Assembly: GCA_018652045.1 (NCBI GenBank)
Contig: JABICX010000001.1
Coordinates: 5,107-69,106 of the forward strand
Direction of reading: 5' to 3'
Source of the DNA: Candidatus Woesearchaeota archaeon
GTDB lineage: Archaea; Nanobdellota; Nanobdellia; UBA10117; JABICX01
DNA length: 64,000 nucleotides
Position numbers and translations under genes: made by a program. This document shows, in pieces, positions 42,501 through 44,886 of the stretch (position 1 is its first letter; each line of letters starts with the position of its first letter). Below the pieces are notes generated by a model. It was not told where the DNA came from, ran no database searches, and saw only the letters and a program-made list of their open reading frames with translations.

Positions 42501-43073
42501 TATACAGTACTTAACGGAACAACCAATGTATCTACATATGAACTTGAGGTAACAACCTCTGCAGGTAATACGGTTGGTTGGTACTTCTGGACCAATGATA
42601 CACAGGGTAACACAAACCAGACTGATCTACAGACATTCACTATCGGCAACAAGTCCATCGCAATAGCAGTTTCTGACCTTCTAGATGCAGGGGTACGGTG
42701 GGTAATTCAGAGTCTTCCATCAACTAGAGCGAACGCGTCATATAACAACGGAACATCTGACACGAGCTATTATGTAACCGTTACTTCAGTTGGCACAAAT
42801 GTAGACCTATCTATTGCAGCAGATGGCAACCTGACAACATCTGGCGGATCAGTTCTGGACATCAGTAACGAAGAGTTCAGATACAATACTTCTGAAACAG
42901 ATGTAACTAATAGCGACTATTACACCATGGCTACAACCAACAACACAATTGGTTCTAACATTGTCAACGGTACAACTTCCTACATGAAGTTCTACCTAAC
43001 GGTTCCAGGTAACCAAACTGTCGGAATTTACAATAACACATTATCTGTCTATGCAGAGGAGAGTTCACTATAA
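12537..43073 (+). CDS. Giant 10,178-aa secreted/surface adhesin-like protein
   Basis: Uninterrupted 30.5-kb ORF. N-terminal hydrophobic segment; acidic E/P-rich linkers; LVIVD-type propeller repeats (~14700-15700). Six LamG/ConA-like domains (~16190, 21390, 23620, 30380, 40350, 41260; WxHV..LYxDG..DExxIYNRxL). About 30 FGSLTINSGGTYxATSGTTTI repeats, Ig-like domains, and a C-terminal pilin/WxL-like domain. No C-terminal TM. Confidence 0.92.
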   Translation: MQSKVSQFAFIIAFIIVLLSLTTQVDLSGTVTGKTTAGVADDYEHSLEITADTSSEIITQEIVFDQYKPDTCAEGIAIYTGSGDEVSFETSDDQYNETSCLSTIISFSNSIYHEPVEEEPSTEPEDPTYAIPEPEEPVDDPAPTEPEEPEYSTPETQPEASEEAVAETGETESESDPLSEQSSRGLSEQSSDRESEPSGDDTQTQSEPASEPVPSEEPTPESIPEPEFGITGAVSGMPEGEQTMTYYIFYGKIVEAPVEEPTNETEEEPNETVDEPVNETNETINETINETVNETIQPINATINETVEPISNVTARVRTIQSNVTIFQPVIWQQFIEPDQDTETLEFEVPEPATNIKVTKIKETGEEHIIPDEHLEGVDLEDLDEFTIAANPVEGEPTPEETTPEHVNETVEPEEIINPEFSITGAVTSEALREQAIAFWNLFLNLFRGGITGFVVSEPQTELLEVPNKTITINENITPQDEIVIEYETPAPITTEEQTSFGKRVVVSSDIHYENVLTYTNIEQQVSESAIKLYWLKETQSFDNETNETTTFVDRTDVTNDLEIELWKLDTDGDGRIDYLEWITPHLSNETFEIELTILTVQSYPALHGNWTVDFNTTGTANLTIQATNGTTWSDEYNESVDLEFLNLTCGNESVNYSWINDTVFVEDYSCNETGFEISSPHTHGVHTIRFQFGDQVAYAYNSVTLNEFNYHFDGSPPNSVDNVQDVYLSGDLLYITSTDDDEVSILNVSDPTSIAALDGYVDTAYSFSVEQVHEVMVIGDLLYTISVADDNFNILNVSDPTAISTTGGGSYLDNSADGSIDNPLGMDIVGDLAYVTSAADDCLTIINVSNPTTVVGGTGDIGSLCDSTNLNTANEVVVSGDYAYVAAAGGGSQGLAIINVSDPTSPTHVAQYTNATEPLNTHSPYALDVYGDYVFLGAYSDGFSGIVVIDVSDPENPNAVASYKDEDGPDSIDGPMDVQVSGQGNYLYVASYLDACFTILDISDPATPTAVASYCNTTTIAGAYDIAISTDTETAFIAGSTASSGVVSFVNITGYSETTAGPPSMSSASILPAVPKTSDDLQGSCLATDNNDTVTYYYEWFKDDISDSSGSSVGHAPGSAVNLDNISAASTSDNEEWIFSCLADDGADNSSWMNSSTATVGNIPPGDFTAVTLASSSGANLFSDNLSVTWTESTDNNGDTVYNITDWRLNGSSIAVLNMPFESNRSGQAGAIVRDYSTQNTNGTFSGFDWDADSGWRNDTWCAVGGCYEFDGTDNYISLPNNAFDEYTQGTILLWVYPTDLSATGCMYSYGDDFNDAKFINFASQSSGKVRLALREDTSANDVLMDSDNNVLSQDMWNHVAVTNNGSTWIMYINGTEVPFTVTEEGTATEGMWFDDIAPSAERSCIGALCRDDDRTFFQGGVDEFQIYNRSLTPEQISEIYQAGVANHSIQNLNANETSADDAWTVAVTPNDLLDDGSTNVSNQLDILAVNLCAPASDVELTANKTCASLHIESGITVNTSTFAYSVTGDVFINGTLNASQGKNQTFRSLDINSGGTYHEPADTTKITSENSLGSAVDCDGTYVGNGGYLLINTNQLDTNIDLKCVSGSAHDLEIDLTNTGYDATVSGAGTGGLYLTGDLIIDDGELDTDNHIVNITGELWIQAGGYFDTRGDTVAHEFGAIDLDSSGYFYEGDGKIIIDSEASSYAIDCDGYWVDDASTTSIETNTNTAMDIYCQTTGYRLTNLDIKLGSSAYEVTTTTTMYIGKTLTIKEGALDTSVGYFGTHEPIIVIEDGGFLDLASNNNGINVESVDIQSGGSFTGPNNIISINASSGTCWNNAGTFTAASASTVEFDGGCTVVTGGTGTGNDFANVQFDGGTTTLSTNGIDVDGWLLLNGGSFDANGQAVTVVGDTNVTSGTLTGGAGAMTFGSLTIASGQTYSATSGTTTITSEATSGYAISHLSGGTLTANSGIINVTTSATTSLDFSGTGNPYTIEVTGGTKVWQQNTALDGNLTVSSGTFRANSAAKTLTVTGDVDVTGTLGGGSQTAANSFGSLTINSGGTYEATSGTTTITSKASNDYALDNDGTLTHNSGTVNITTGATTYIDVVESGGVYNLEVDSGNIVSCVNSAPTIAGNLTVSSGTFKMDSSSASLTATADVDVTGTLGDGSDSGAFTFGSLTINSGGTYSATSGTTTITGEAPSGFALDNDGTLTANSGLINITTTGSTFIDILGTVAGNPYDLEYDSSGGYLTISGNNSAVDNNLIIDAGQFRPGNNDDFNATGDVTVAGGQLYDGDETGTATFGSLTINSGGTYDATSGTTTMKGDFSNAGIFTHNDGTVTTAGTDVNISGTVDPAFYDLTIGSGTAHLKSNMTVENALTVSGSTEVDLYGYNYTFGTASAAGTIANSGTVDVGTTSQDIQLYAASESYYFTVTGTDIDWNDKSGTNWYVKWVDYDPNVDTGTGTNLNLTWDGDVIFDGFTMRNGFTLDPQSYDWTTASDTWIDGKVVSGSGYHNLHTLVTSTNADYTATSGRTRVYNRMSGNGINLGASGTFNHNNGHMEVAGQSTAQAIVVSNGATFYDLNISNTAGSYVYLKSNIVVDKDMWVESDTFDSIGYNVGVSGGVYVTGGEWNASTGTNTVGNLTISSGASVNATSGVLTINGSLFNNAGSFYPDSGTVAFNGASTTIMGNTGFSELRISGNVTDDGDSNYTVMNVTSVGNFTYNTSNYDYNVTYYKATGGYVGIASSSTLTSNTTYWNGTADGNKLTANTTGAAYFVDVIEAGSNWWVGGWNSAPTMTSADIQPDPAYTTSALLGYCRADDSESDNVTFHYQWYNNSVSVETGYNSTSLLQGVEYVIHALTSGNISKGENWTFACIAQDDLANASAWINDSVLISNTVPTAFTSVVLAATNTSLNNTNQNLTVTWTDGSDSDSDAIYNITDWRLNSTSIAVLNMPFDSNRSGQSGSIVRDYSTNTNNGTLEGNPQGVTVGRIGGAYAFDGSGDYINLGATNALIGNNNQNITVSLWVNTTDTVAKYAFSLKRQSGANSTLLSVCSNYGSVGTLGFLTREYDDSGHDYMTYDGDYNDGSWHHVVAIVDGLNRYLYIDNVLRGSDALGMQDVTSNTDEATIGGFGASTTSLDFTGHLDDVKVFNRSLTPEQIDQIYNAGLAGHSVQNMSFNETVVNDTWTVAVTPNDLESDGTTTTSNSVTIINNAPSISTVDLTPDSPTTDDHLTCTVTGGADVDGDSLTYTYDWYEDQVFNQSYVQSGASYVLNRSNISAGEVWNCTVTPWDGIENGTAITDSVTVAQGCIVDSVTGNITLTSNLACSTLDIYAGYVLDTSTYTLTATGATEINGTIDASSSTAVSFAAVTIQSGGTYTATSATTTVTGDAANSGTFTHNNGLLYRTDPSGEWNGFTGTNAFYNFQNEGGYTMDGNVMQIINQLSGSETFNVYYNGKLILGNESQSGTVDMTADTDLTTNLKYSNTIMAASELYPAIIKNAYVNTLSGSGTLTLNNTDWQLAFTTGGYGTGTVKLDGDAKFDAFTITAGDTLDLNGQRVEFDGAITNSGSIDLDGALVYVNSGNPNWDGASGVTGQSTSDIVFTGTFSAMPDDSHRTIFVNTAGTVTLNTDYFFNYGQVIVGAGELDTGSDRKIGSVSSPVDNLTIATGGTLDAHASNIVVDQNWKATGGLIGKSALDLDGSSEGVNVTDDESLDITTAITVEAWIKTDDVENNNGMIVCNQNQPIANAGYFIYARGVDDTFNFAAYTSSEVGDAKYTVDSSVNSRWVHLVGTYDGSNIRLYMDGKLVNETALTGTINISSSNLGIGYRDEGSSLNFDGAIGKVSIWNGTLTQSEIRSNMFADCAGNSNQSTLVSCYQFDEGTGTSVADSIGSNTGTASGSGVWAGTPTFSYDTSTVNLTGTGSLMVADSPSARDFYNLEVAQSGKTTTISPIGSGVNHDIYGKFTAGAGTLSVSNNGRLVIGGSDAPVDEGATFSAFQYVTYNTGTANITGSTYAGLYSYTENRYLLGNVSVAGATGAMTAGKAILSNGYNITTEDITATGELNLSAGSVLIFEDTAGAAVSGSGGVYAEGAAGNLVGVHSAGTEHWDFNETAFNTTWNYANVSYGNNTGTATIIVYNGNDYGNNMPAGMWVFSTATPDNCLFGGDATLTANLTCGNLGISAGAVVTDAYSINATGDAEINGTLNASTGGPQWFGSMIINSGGTYEATAGTTEINSETGSGIAFRVNSGGTFTHSNGLVNFTGPETWFYLISGSSGNFYDLEVASGNKLSCGSNMIMSNDFIISSGEYECAAITTVTGDTNITGTVDINSGYAFTTGSLTINSGGTYQATSGTTTITSESSAGYSIYSKTGSTFTSNSGLVNVTYNGVSNIGIGDNATKLHDLHIQSSTKYFNGQSNSHVKLSGDLIVYGGTVRSGSSSGEILVSGDVNVTGGTLGWSGASGANTFGSLTINSGATYYATSGTTEITSENTGGYAYDNDGTFTNNSGTVRFSTAAPTLIDTSGTVGSFYDLILNHASLDLIQDTALVVGNDLTVTAGNMNTSDNNYALTVTGDADVTGTLTGQASAVSLGSLTINSGGTYDATSGVTTITSEAGSGYDLDLNSGSTFTHNDGTINITYTTGYASLDLSSTGDFYNLVFAIGAQRNSIITYAGGTMTVANDLTIESGIFDINNRAFDVTRDVSVTGTLDSDYLSTGTQDISYGSLTINSGGVHRATSGTTTINSSFSRVGTLTHNSGTIAFNNDTVAQITGDTTFYNLNTNAAVFNSSDDNITIASGGTLTQGGNITANILDIRGTMAIGAGEEITFEDTVGSGFAGTGTLTIAGSSGDLVNITSAGTTAWRMPHPTLNSTWNYAAVSYGNNTGADTIVVYDGTDEGSNGPLGMWVFDSNACIFAGNVTLTANLTCSSFQIESGAEVSTDTYSVNATGAAYLNGTLNASQAGDQWFGSMRVNSGGVYSATSGTTTITSEDASYALYCAGVFTHNNGNVTYASTIPDTWIWPQCSSGTFNNIVFSTADDIVYWASGETISGNVTVNDGNIAIGADPVGLIITGDVVINGGVLNNLGGTNTGDWSFGSLKINTGGEYNATSGTTTITKRTVGGYNFQVNGGTFTHNSGTVNISAGDYFTVTPSTFYNLGILANTDWAGNVAVANDLTVSATSLGTYGGSGDLTVTGDVTVANSGTLDGGAEALSFGSLTINSGGTYEATSGTTLLHGEGKASETVIWALNSGGTFNHNQGTVEFSHKTQYSRALMGTLEPTFYNLRMSGNDYGWSILMVRKDITVINELSGDVQNNLFTMYGNDLVFTLGNASQAANVSTLTLNGQTYNNGYWYGASADYPAVFTNNNLRFIQGNSANTQYAQTYIKWLDFQETVTSSNTDNGIVTLTGPVTFDAYTLASGDTFELNGQEATISGNLASSGTFTGAEGNLSLSGTGQTMSGVIDNITQINVSSTVDLTVQSGTNVSFADIVGAGFAGTGNLTISGSDGNLARITSGGTTNWVVPHPTLNTSWNYVNVSYGNNTGTDVIIVNNGTDYGNNVPVGMWVFNSPTSPANCTFAATTTLTANLTCNNLYVESGVTLSTDTYSINATGDASFNGTVNASAGGDQWFGKTNINDGGGMYHATSAFTSINGYFTIDGDFLHNDGTMLFTSSMMYIYPNSSTFYNITQTNTVYVGEPLTVIHMYNQSSGQLRLTNGMGTLTLGNDTQAGTLFGASGASTIQPYSTTIQAANQLYPGVITDNGNLWWGQAGTKTFKWLNFTSALQVDDGGGIGIQLTGDCSFAAVSISSGETFDLNGQRVEFGGELDILSGGDLGQAGAQIVMTGAARPDYDGTITGKADIIYDSTASPDIDGGGTYSFGTIFTRETSTLAIYPGTTIDQFIVGSGTFSTNDLQLDASNLTIANGGTLSGGASAINVAENWKSSSGPIGRYALDLDGSTEYVNTAQDIDMFYFMDEENRTQEAWFKVNSTGQHVVMAYQPVDANFGGVPRGGLYANSNYLYLEWYGTEDGDSLAYHSISTPIEIDQWYHAVSVHEDSKYYFYLDGKLVNISGTTTHGNYADANTDIVYIGVTSDGNAKFFDGHIGRVSIWNVSLQADDIRASMFQPCTTLSNQSELVSCWQFDEGTGTTVADSIGSNTGTASASTVWAAGGTFTEGTSTVNMTGTGSVIVDDDQDFYNIEVANSGQTTTITCPENGYGEADVYGKLSSGAGTLSKVSMASWEILGSDAPTDGTSANNIFETSRIIYNGAANVTGSGYYYLIVNSADAYLLGNVTVTAGDDYTGIGAGDSLSSNGYNMSVDRLRINGNLNLTAGSVLTFDDATGFETSDGTFNVVGASGNLATIESASATAWEFNATAVTSTWNYANVSYGNNTGTDVIFVNNGTDYGNNVPVGMWVFNSPTSPANCTFAANTTLTANLTCNNLGVETGVALVTSTYSVNTTGWAELNGTLNATSGTGQQFNSMTIRAAGAYEAPSSAVTNITTTTNIYGDFLLESGNLSTGSALTTAYAITLYSGGRFDGSTGYHETGSISCPSGSTCDLTSGTTNFVTRRGSYNSYFIYCADDDSSINHNNGTVNITLGTTSYMLYNTDELTLYNVETDGGLYDGTGSGYKLNVEGNLTLGSSYTFYNNGIINVTGDVIQNAGTFGKSGVRTFNQDVYFGSLTINSGTYSATSGTTTITSKNSGSGWTIDNDGTFTANSGTVNITYGSAACEFDILGTGALYNLELNCGGNIAKSYGATTTIDNDLTINNALFRTDNNRAVTVTGDVVVNNGGTLGNAETAAWSLGSLTINSGGTYSATSGATTITNYFSNAGTYTHNSGDIVFSNDTLAQFTGDATFYNLTTNAAVFNSSDDNITIATGGTLTQQGNITANILDIRGEMSIGAGEKVTFDDTTGSGFSGTGNLTIAGSDGNLANITNAGTTEWTMPHPTLNSTWDYVAVSYGNNTGTEAIIVYEGADEGNNVDDGEWIFSFAAAPANCSFAANTTLTANLTCSKLDVLAAATVVTDTYSINATSDAEVNGTLNASQGGDQWFGSLDINSGGTYYATNGTTTITSEEGSHYAFYNNGGTLTHNSGIFNFTQTASEGAYSQIYDNGAGDLNNLVVGTTGSNQLRQIGALTIEGNLTSEASSEYAFGGSSTRHLTVNQNVVIDGDVNGGSNGASGTFGSLTINSGGTYSATSGTTSIDGDLDNNAGSSGYVHNDGTLSFVNGGGYLYGGEGVFNDITYSGGVNYVDFSENLTIINSTNLYARFGRDTEQIITLGNSTQSATIGGAGYSAMFGTYDATFQANSSAYPTDWSQTFYFGTGEIISLKWINFTQDIATGGDGENISITGDSWFQNLSVTGNDVLNITDSSTLYTDVLDLNGTLTSGSGNITNNNNAQWLAHFDLADNYTWDSTNISEGNNTGAVVINAQSATDGGNNVPDGMWLFGGAGVSCLFSGNTTLTANLSCSTLGVESAATVATSTYSINATSDAEVNGTLNASAGGSQWFGSMTLQSGGTYEANIGNTTINNAPNGDYAFYGYSGSTLTHNDGTFVFSSGENSFVRTEGNGVFYNIIVDKSGYKLNTPHVGDLTVESNLTVTAGEIDRVTADKIINVTGDVDITGTIDLSGESGGAYFGSLTIQSGGTYDATSGTTTITSENTGSGFAFNDLGTFTHNNGILNITTSAFTEFRGTAYDLIVSTGSFLVYRSITIADNNVTIDSGTLRSNNYGNDLTVTGDVLIRGGTLGLSIPESGDWSFGSLTINSGGTFEATNGTTTITNESAGGYAINHDGTLNNNTGIFNITTVDATLLDLTGTGNLNDLVMNTSSIASIVDTTTIDGNLNISSGTFQSNNDNRALTITGDVIINGGQLDSGSEAGARSFGSLTINSGGTYDATSGTTTISGDFDNDGTFTHNDGILEFSNFTGNDQRLGGGTFYDIVVSGSGSSWVELYAETSATILNSLNHTSGEDLYLRNTFTFGNTTQAATINMDGEGSGDRVSSSTSCKIYGASESYPVVITGARDFMYWDNINFKWVDFQINTSTDDRSKTITLDGTSWFRDITVDTTDIFDTGTSTLYMNNLTLVGNLTSGAGNITNNTNAQWLAHFDNADTYTWSSTNISQGNNTGSLVINAQSATDGGNNVPDGMWLFGGEGVACLFSANDTLTANLTCASLQVEAAATLVTGEYSINATGDAEVNGTLDASSGGNQWFDSLTIQATGTYTATSENTTISGVGVSSYNAVLYVGGTFDNNTGTFVFNHQDSGSYRSNLGYEESNGGQLHNVIVDTNGIQSFEANTVITGNLTVDAGTAQTNNAAWTWDITGDVVVNSGGTLGAASRSADYSFGSLTINSGGTYSATNGTTTITDENPSGYAFVNDGTFTHNSGTVTITTDANTYLDLTGSGNVYNLITNRSGRAYDWTIAATIDNDLTVTAGTLRASGVGDNLIVTGDVDITGILSDNARGVVMTFGSLTINSGGTYSATSGTTTITSEADSGYGWDNDGTFTANSGTVNFTYGTGTLLDAVGTSGTFYNLIFSGTSTTLMTDLDVEGNLTENSVGALITNANNKYINVTENVVIGGQIGDATETADWTFGSLTINSGGVYSATSGITEINNTALNTYALNNDGTLTANGGTINITSQTASQYYLDIATGSGNPYNFVVDIGGGNSLKWIFDGGVIDGNLTVQSGTFNSNADLYDLTVTGDTVVSGTLSNGGSDAMTFGSLAIKSGGTYSATSGTTTINSEDGSNHALDCDGTFTANSGNVSIETGASTIVDILCTGSLYDLDIDNTGVATYWEHDAATIANDLVITAGSFRAGTTTHDITVTGDVLVQNTGTLGIATESGARSFGSLTINSGGTYVATSGTTTLTSESGSGRVIDVDTAATYTHNNGELAITTNTATAFVSYENIFNNITINNAGSYTQMVGNVTVADTLTVNSGKDLYVGSGQDNILIIGNSTQSGSIVSTGDFIVNAYTGYTQVIKGASSAYPLVATGTNWNWDQQAPGNTLNLSNIDYQINGSTGGDGILIQLVGDTWFRNMTVSSGDALSITGSATLYTDVLDLSGNLTSGTGNITNNTNSQWLAQFDSANTYAWDSTNISKGNNTGASVINALTATDGGNNVPAAMWKFTGGTVTLDNPNTSWTVGANATFDCSATNTDVALANISLYHNNTGTFHNNGTVSVSGTSASAQFNVSTLQENGFEWYCEACDAVSCVVSSDNRTVTADTTTPTISYLADVWVDATRIGTWRDVVVNLTSSDTNNQSTFLDWNKTLVGYWSMDAVSGSTVLDNSTWQNNGTLEGGATPTQGKFGKGMKFNGDDEVIRMGEITSGHPLMLANSNITISAWFKQYSGDTYQRIVDKSTAGNSANGYGLAAHTNRDIYLLVDGSYYRTDTSAYNFGEWTHVVGVVTEDTFEIYIDGVNQTGGSWSGSAKLPPDATANLSIGSWNHADAREVNGSIDEVQIYSRALSANEIRALYDANANQYNKTWTGLTEGQSYTYTGYSVDLGANKNETAERTVTINNIPTTFTSVAMASSTAANITSDNLSVSWTDGTDGDSDTIYNITDWRVNGSSIAVLNLAFDSNRSGTTTAVIRDYSTFENNATLGNTTTGRAPAWTSSCQIGGCYEFTAAGEEKINISNTVLTGLSTVTTELWIKTSGSAQGVITGANPTYNNEYLIYDQSSLRLYVHDSNWNSGVSINNNAWRHVVFTWDGSNGTVKLFVDGVFQNSGTVNTGALTIPVNGLWLGAEQDSVGGGFQASQELVGFLDEVRIYNRSLSADQIWANYVAGNASLSVQTMVSDETGKNDVWSVSVTPNDLYEDGPNTTSDSLTLVSTAPNPPTSITPASGTWGGDNSSMELNCSGASDNDSDTITYSIESNRTGSWTEVTTGLADGNYSWDISSYDNIVGINFRCWATDGALNSSKYTASASVNLDNWGPRWSSPSKNASTVYNGLNISLNTTWTETQAADVGLAGFIFSSNDSGSWTNGSYTVLNGTTNVSTYELEVTTSAGNTVGWYFWTNDTQGNTNQTDLQTFTIGNKSIAIAVSDLLDAGVRWVIQSLPSTRANASYNNGTSDTSYYVTVTSVGTNVDLSIAADGNLTTSGGSVLDISNEEFRYNTSETDVTNSDYYTMATTNNTIGSNIVNGTTSYMKFYLTVPGNQTVGIYNNTLSVYAEESSL
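29151..29274 (+). repeat. 124-bp near-identical internal duplication, copy 1 (module junction)
   Basis: Matches 31701-31824 with 2 mismatches (ATCATA vs ATCTTC). Confidence 0.9.
31701..31824 (+). repeat. 124-bp near-identical internal duplication, copy 2
   Basis: Matches 29151-29274, offset 2550 nt. Confidence 0.9.
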
Positions 43074-43327
43074 TGGCAACAAAGCAAGCAGCACATAAGA
43101 GAACATTCAGAGAGATCAGAAAGTCTCTCCTACTGAACCTTACACAGGGTCAGAAGAATGTCAATCAGTTAGCTGATGCTGCCCATGTTAACTGGCACAC
43201 AACACGTAGACAGATGATCTACTTAATCGGGTTTGGATATGCTCGCTACGTTGTCAACTATCCACAAGTAAAGATCTTTGAAATCACTGAAAAGGGGATG
43301 GATGCTCTAGATCATAAAAAGGTATAA
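43073..43327 (+). CDS. Winged helix-turn-helix (ArsR-like) regulator, paralog 2
   Basis: 33/68 identities by hand to 12272..12547 (VNWxTTR, PQVxIFEIT); TAATG stop/start overlap with the giant gene. Confidence 0.85.
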   Translation: MATKQAAHKRTFREIRKSLLLNLTQGQKNVNQLADAAHVNWHTTRRQMIYLIGFGYARYVVNYPQVKIFEITEKGMDALDHKKV

Positions 43328-43350
43328 TAAGTTTGAAAATGGAATATACT

Positions 43351-43914
43351 ATGCATAAGATTAGTTTGATTCTAGCACTGTTGGTATTAATGACACCACA
43401 AGCATCCGCTATGAAAGGCGTCGGCATTGTATATGGTACTGTGATAAGTAATGTTGACGAAGGCGAAACAGCCTGCTTTGACTATGGTGTATACAACCCT
43501 TGGGATCAGGATGTAAAGATCATACTAACTGTATCAGGTGACCTTGCTGAGCTTAATGCATTTAGCGAGAATGTTGATGTGCCTGCAGGCACAACCCATG
43601 ACAAAGCAAAGTCGGTTGAGATTTGCTTTGATGTACCTAAAGTCTATTCTTACACCTGTCCCGATACCCCGATAGTGCTATCAGGTAAAGTAATCGCTAC
43701 AGAGTATTATCCAGCAGGTGTATCTGGAACTGGCTCAACAACCTCGGTTTCAGCAGCAGCGCCGCTTGAGATGAGAGTCAGATGCGATGCAGACAAGGGA
43801 GTCCAATTCACGACACAATACTTCTTTATTGGTGCAGGCATAGCGATTCTGCTAGCCGCACTATATGTAATGAGAAAATTCTTCAAAACCCATAAAATCA
43901 TCAAAAAGCGCTAA
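43351..43914 (+). CDS. Secreted single Ig-like domain protein with C-terminal TM anchor (DUF916-like)
   Basis: Signal peptide MHKISLILALLVLMTPQASA; beta-rich domain (YGVYNPW..VDVPAG..VEICFDVP..GKVIA); TM FFIGAGIAILLAALYVM plus basic tail. Alternative starts at 43333 and 43339. Confidence 0.7.
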   Translation: MHKISLILALLVLMTPQASAMKGVGIVYGTVISNVDEGETACFDYGVYNPWDQDVKIILTVSGDLAELNAFSENVDVPAGTTHDKAKSVEICFDVPKVYSYTCPDTPIVLSGKVIATEYYPAGVSGTGSTTSVSAAAPLEMRVRCDADKGVQFTTQYFFIGAGIAILLAALYVMRKFFKTHKIIKKR

Positions 43915-43998
43915 TTTTCCCTTTTACCCCCTCAAAATGGTGAAAATATGGGCTAAAAAGAGGCATTTTTAGGCATTTTTAAGGCTATAGTGGAAAGA

Positions 43999-44071
43999 TT
44001 TTAATACTACTGTTAATGTAGTTAACACATACATGGTTAAAACTACGTTAAATATGTTAATGTAGTTAACA
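43999..44071 (+). promoter_or_regulatory. BRE/TATA followed by two identical 17-bp operator-like sites
   Basis: GGAAAGA-TTTTAATA (TATA 43999-44006). TGTTAATGTAGTTAACA at 44011-44027 and 44055-44071, 44 bp apart, with form TGTTAA-N5-TTAACA. Inverted core AACTACGTTA at 44041. Confidence 0.75.
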
Positions 44072-44886
44072 TGTCTTTGGGGCAAAAAGTGGCTGACCAG
44101 CCGAAGAAGTTAGTAGGCATAGGTATAGGTAGATATACTCTAATTAGCTATAGCCCCAAACTATCTAGTTCTGAGCTAGTAAAGTTCCATTATGCGCTTT
44201 TAGGTAGAGGCAAACAACCTGGCCTTCTTCGAAAAACGCATAGCATAAAGCTAGCTAATTCTGTTATTCTTGCCCCCAAGGCATATAGTAAAGAAGTTCT
44301 TGACTTCTTGAGAACTTGGAAATGTAACATTTCCACGAAGGAAATCATAAACAAGGTTTCCGATGAGAAAAAGTTGCAACAGGCTGCTAAGAAGCTTGTA
44401 GCTAAGCGACGAGACATATCAGATGTCCTACTTGTGGACGCCAGCCTGATCTCAAAAAAGGCTAAATCTAGCCCAGTTGTCTGCCTTCTAACTCACTCAA
44501 AAACACCACAACGAATCGCACAAAACCTGCAAAGCGAGATTGGCCTACCCGTTATCTTTGTACAAGCAGATCAGTTATTCACCCCTAAATATTCTTCCAT
44601 TGTTGATGCCTTAAAACAAGGTACGAGCCTCATTACATCAAAGACTTTTGCCCCAAAGACTTTGTTTGTCTATTCGACAAAGCACATAAAAGGCTCAGAT
44701 AAAGTCCGCTTCTTTTACGATCTAAAAGGACGCGGCAAACAAAAGGGTATCATAGAGAGCACTCGTAGCGAGTTCTTTGCTAAGTCAGTGATTATCGCAC
44801 CTAGCAAGAGCGTCGAAGCTATGCAGAAGTTCTTGACCAAGTGGAAGTGTCAGTACGAAAAAATGGAGGTAGCTGAAAGTGTCTAG
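44071..44886 (+). CDS. Basic cytoplasmic protein: two Cas2/ferredoxin-like domains flanking a degenerate minimal nucleotidyltransferase-like domain
   Basis: Internal duplication YTLISYS..VKFHYALLGRGKQPGLL..KLANSVILAP..FLRTWKC versus TLFVYS..VRFFYDLKGRGKQKGII..FAKSVIIAP..FLTKWKC. Middle segment ISDVLLVDAS..LKQGTSL lacks GS/DxD. Confidence 0.6.
   Translation: MSLGQKVADQPKKLVGIGIGRYTLISYSPKLSSSELVKFHYALLGRGKQPGLLRKTHSIKLANSVILAPKAYSKEVLDFLRTWKCNISTKEIINKVSDEKKLQQAAKKLVAKRRDISDVLLVDASLISKKAKSSPVVCLLTHSKTPQRIAQNLQSEIGLPVIFVQADQLFTPKYSSIVDALKQGTSLITSKTFAPKTLFVYSTKHIKGSDKVRFFYDLKGRGKQKGIIESTRSEFFAKSVIIAPSKSVEAMQKFLTKWKCQYEKMEVAESV

Noticed and set aside
44071-44886. Bona fide cas2 gene or active MNT antitoxin
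   Set aside because: No cas1, array or HEPN partner, and the NTase catalytic residues are not visible. Kept only as a fold-level hypothesis.
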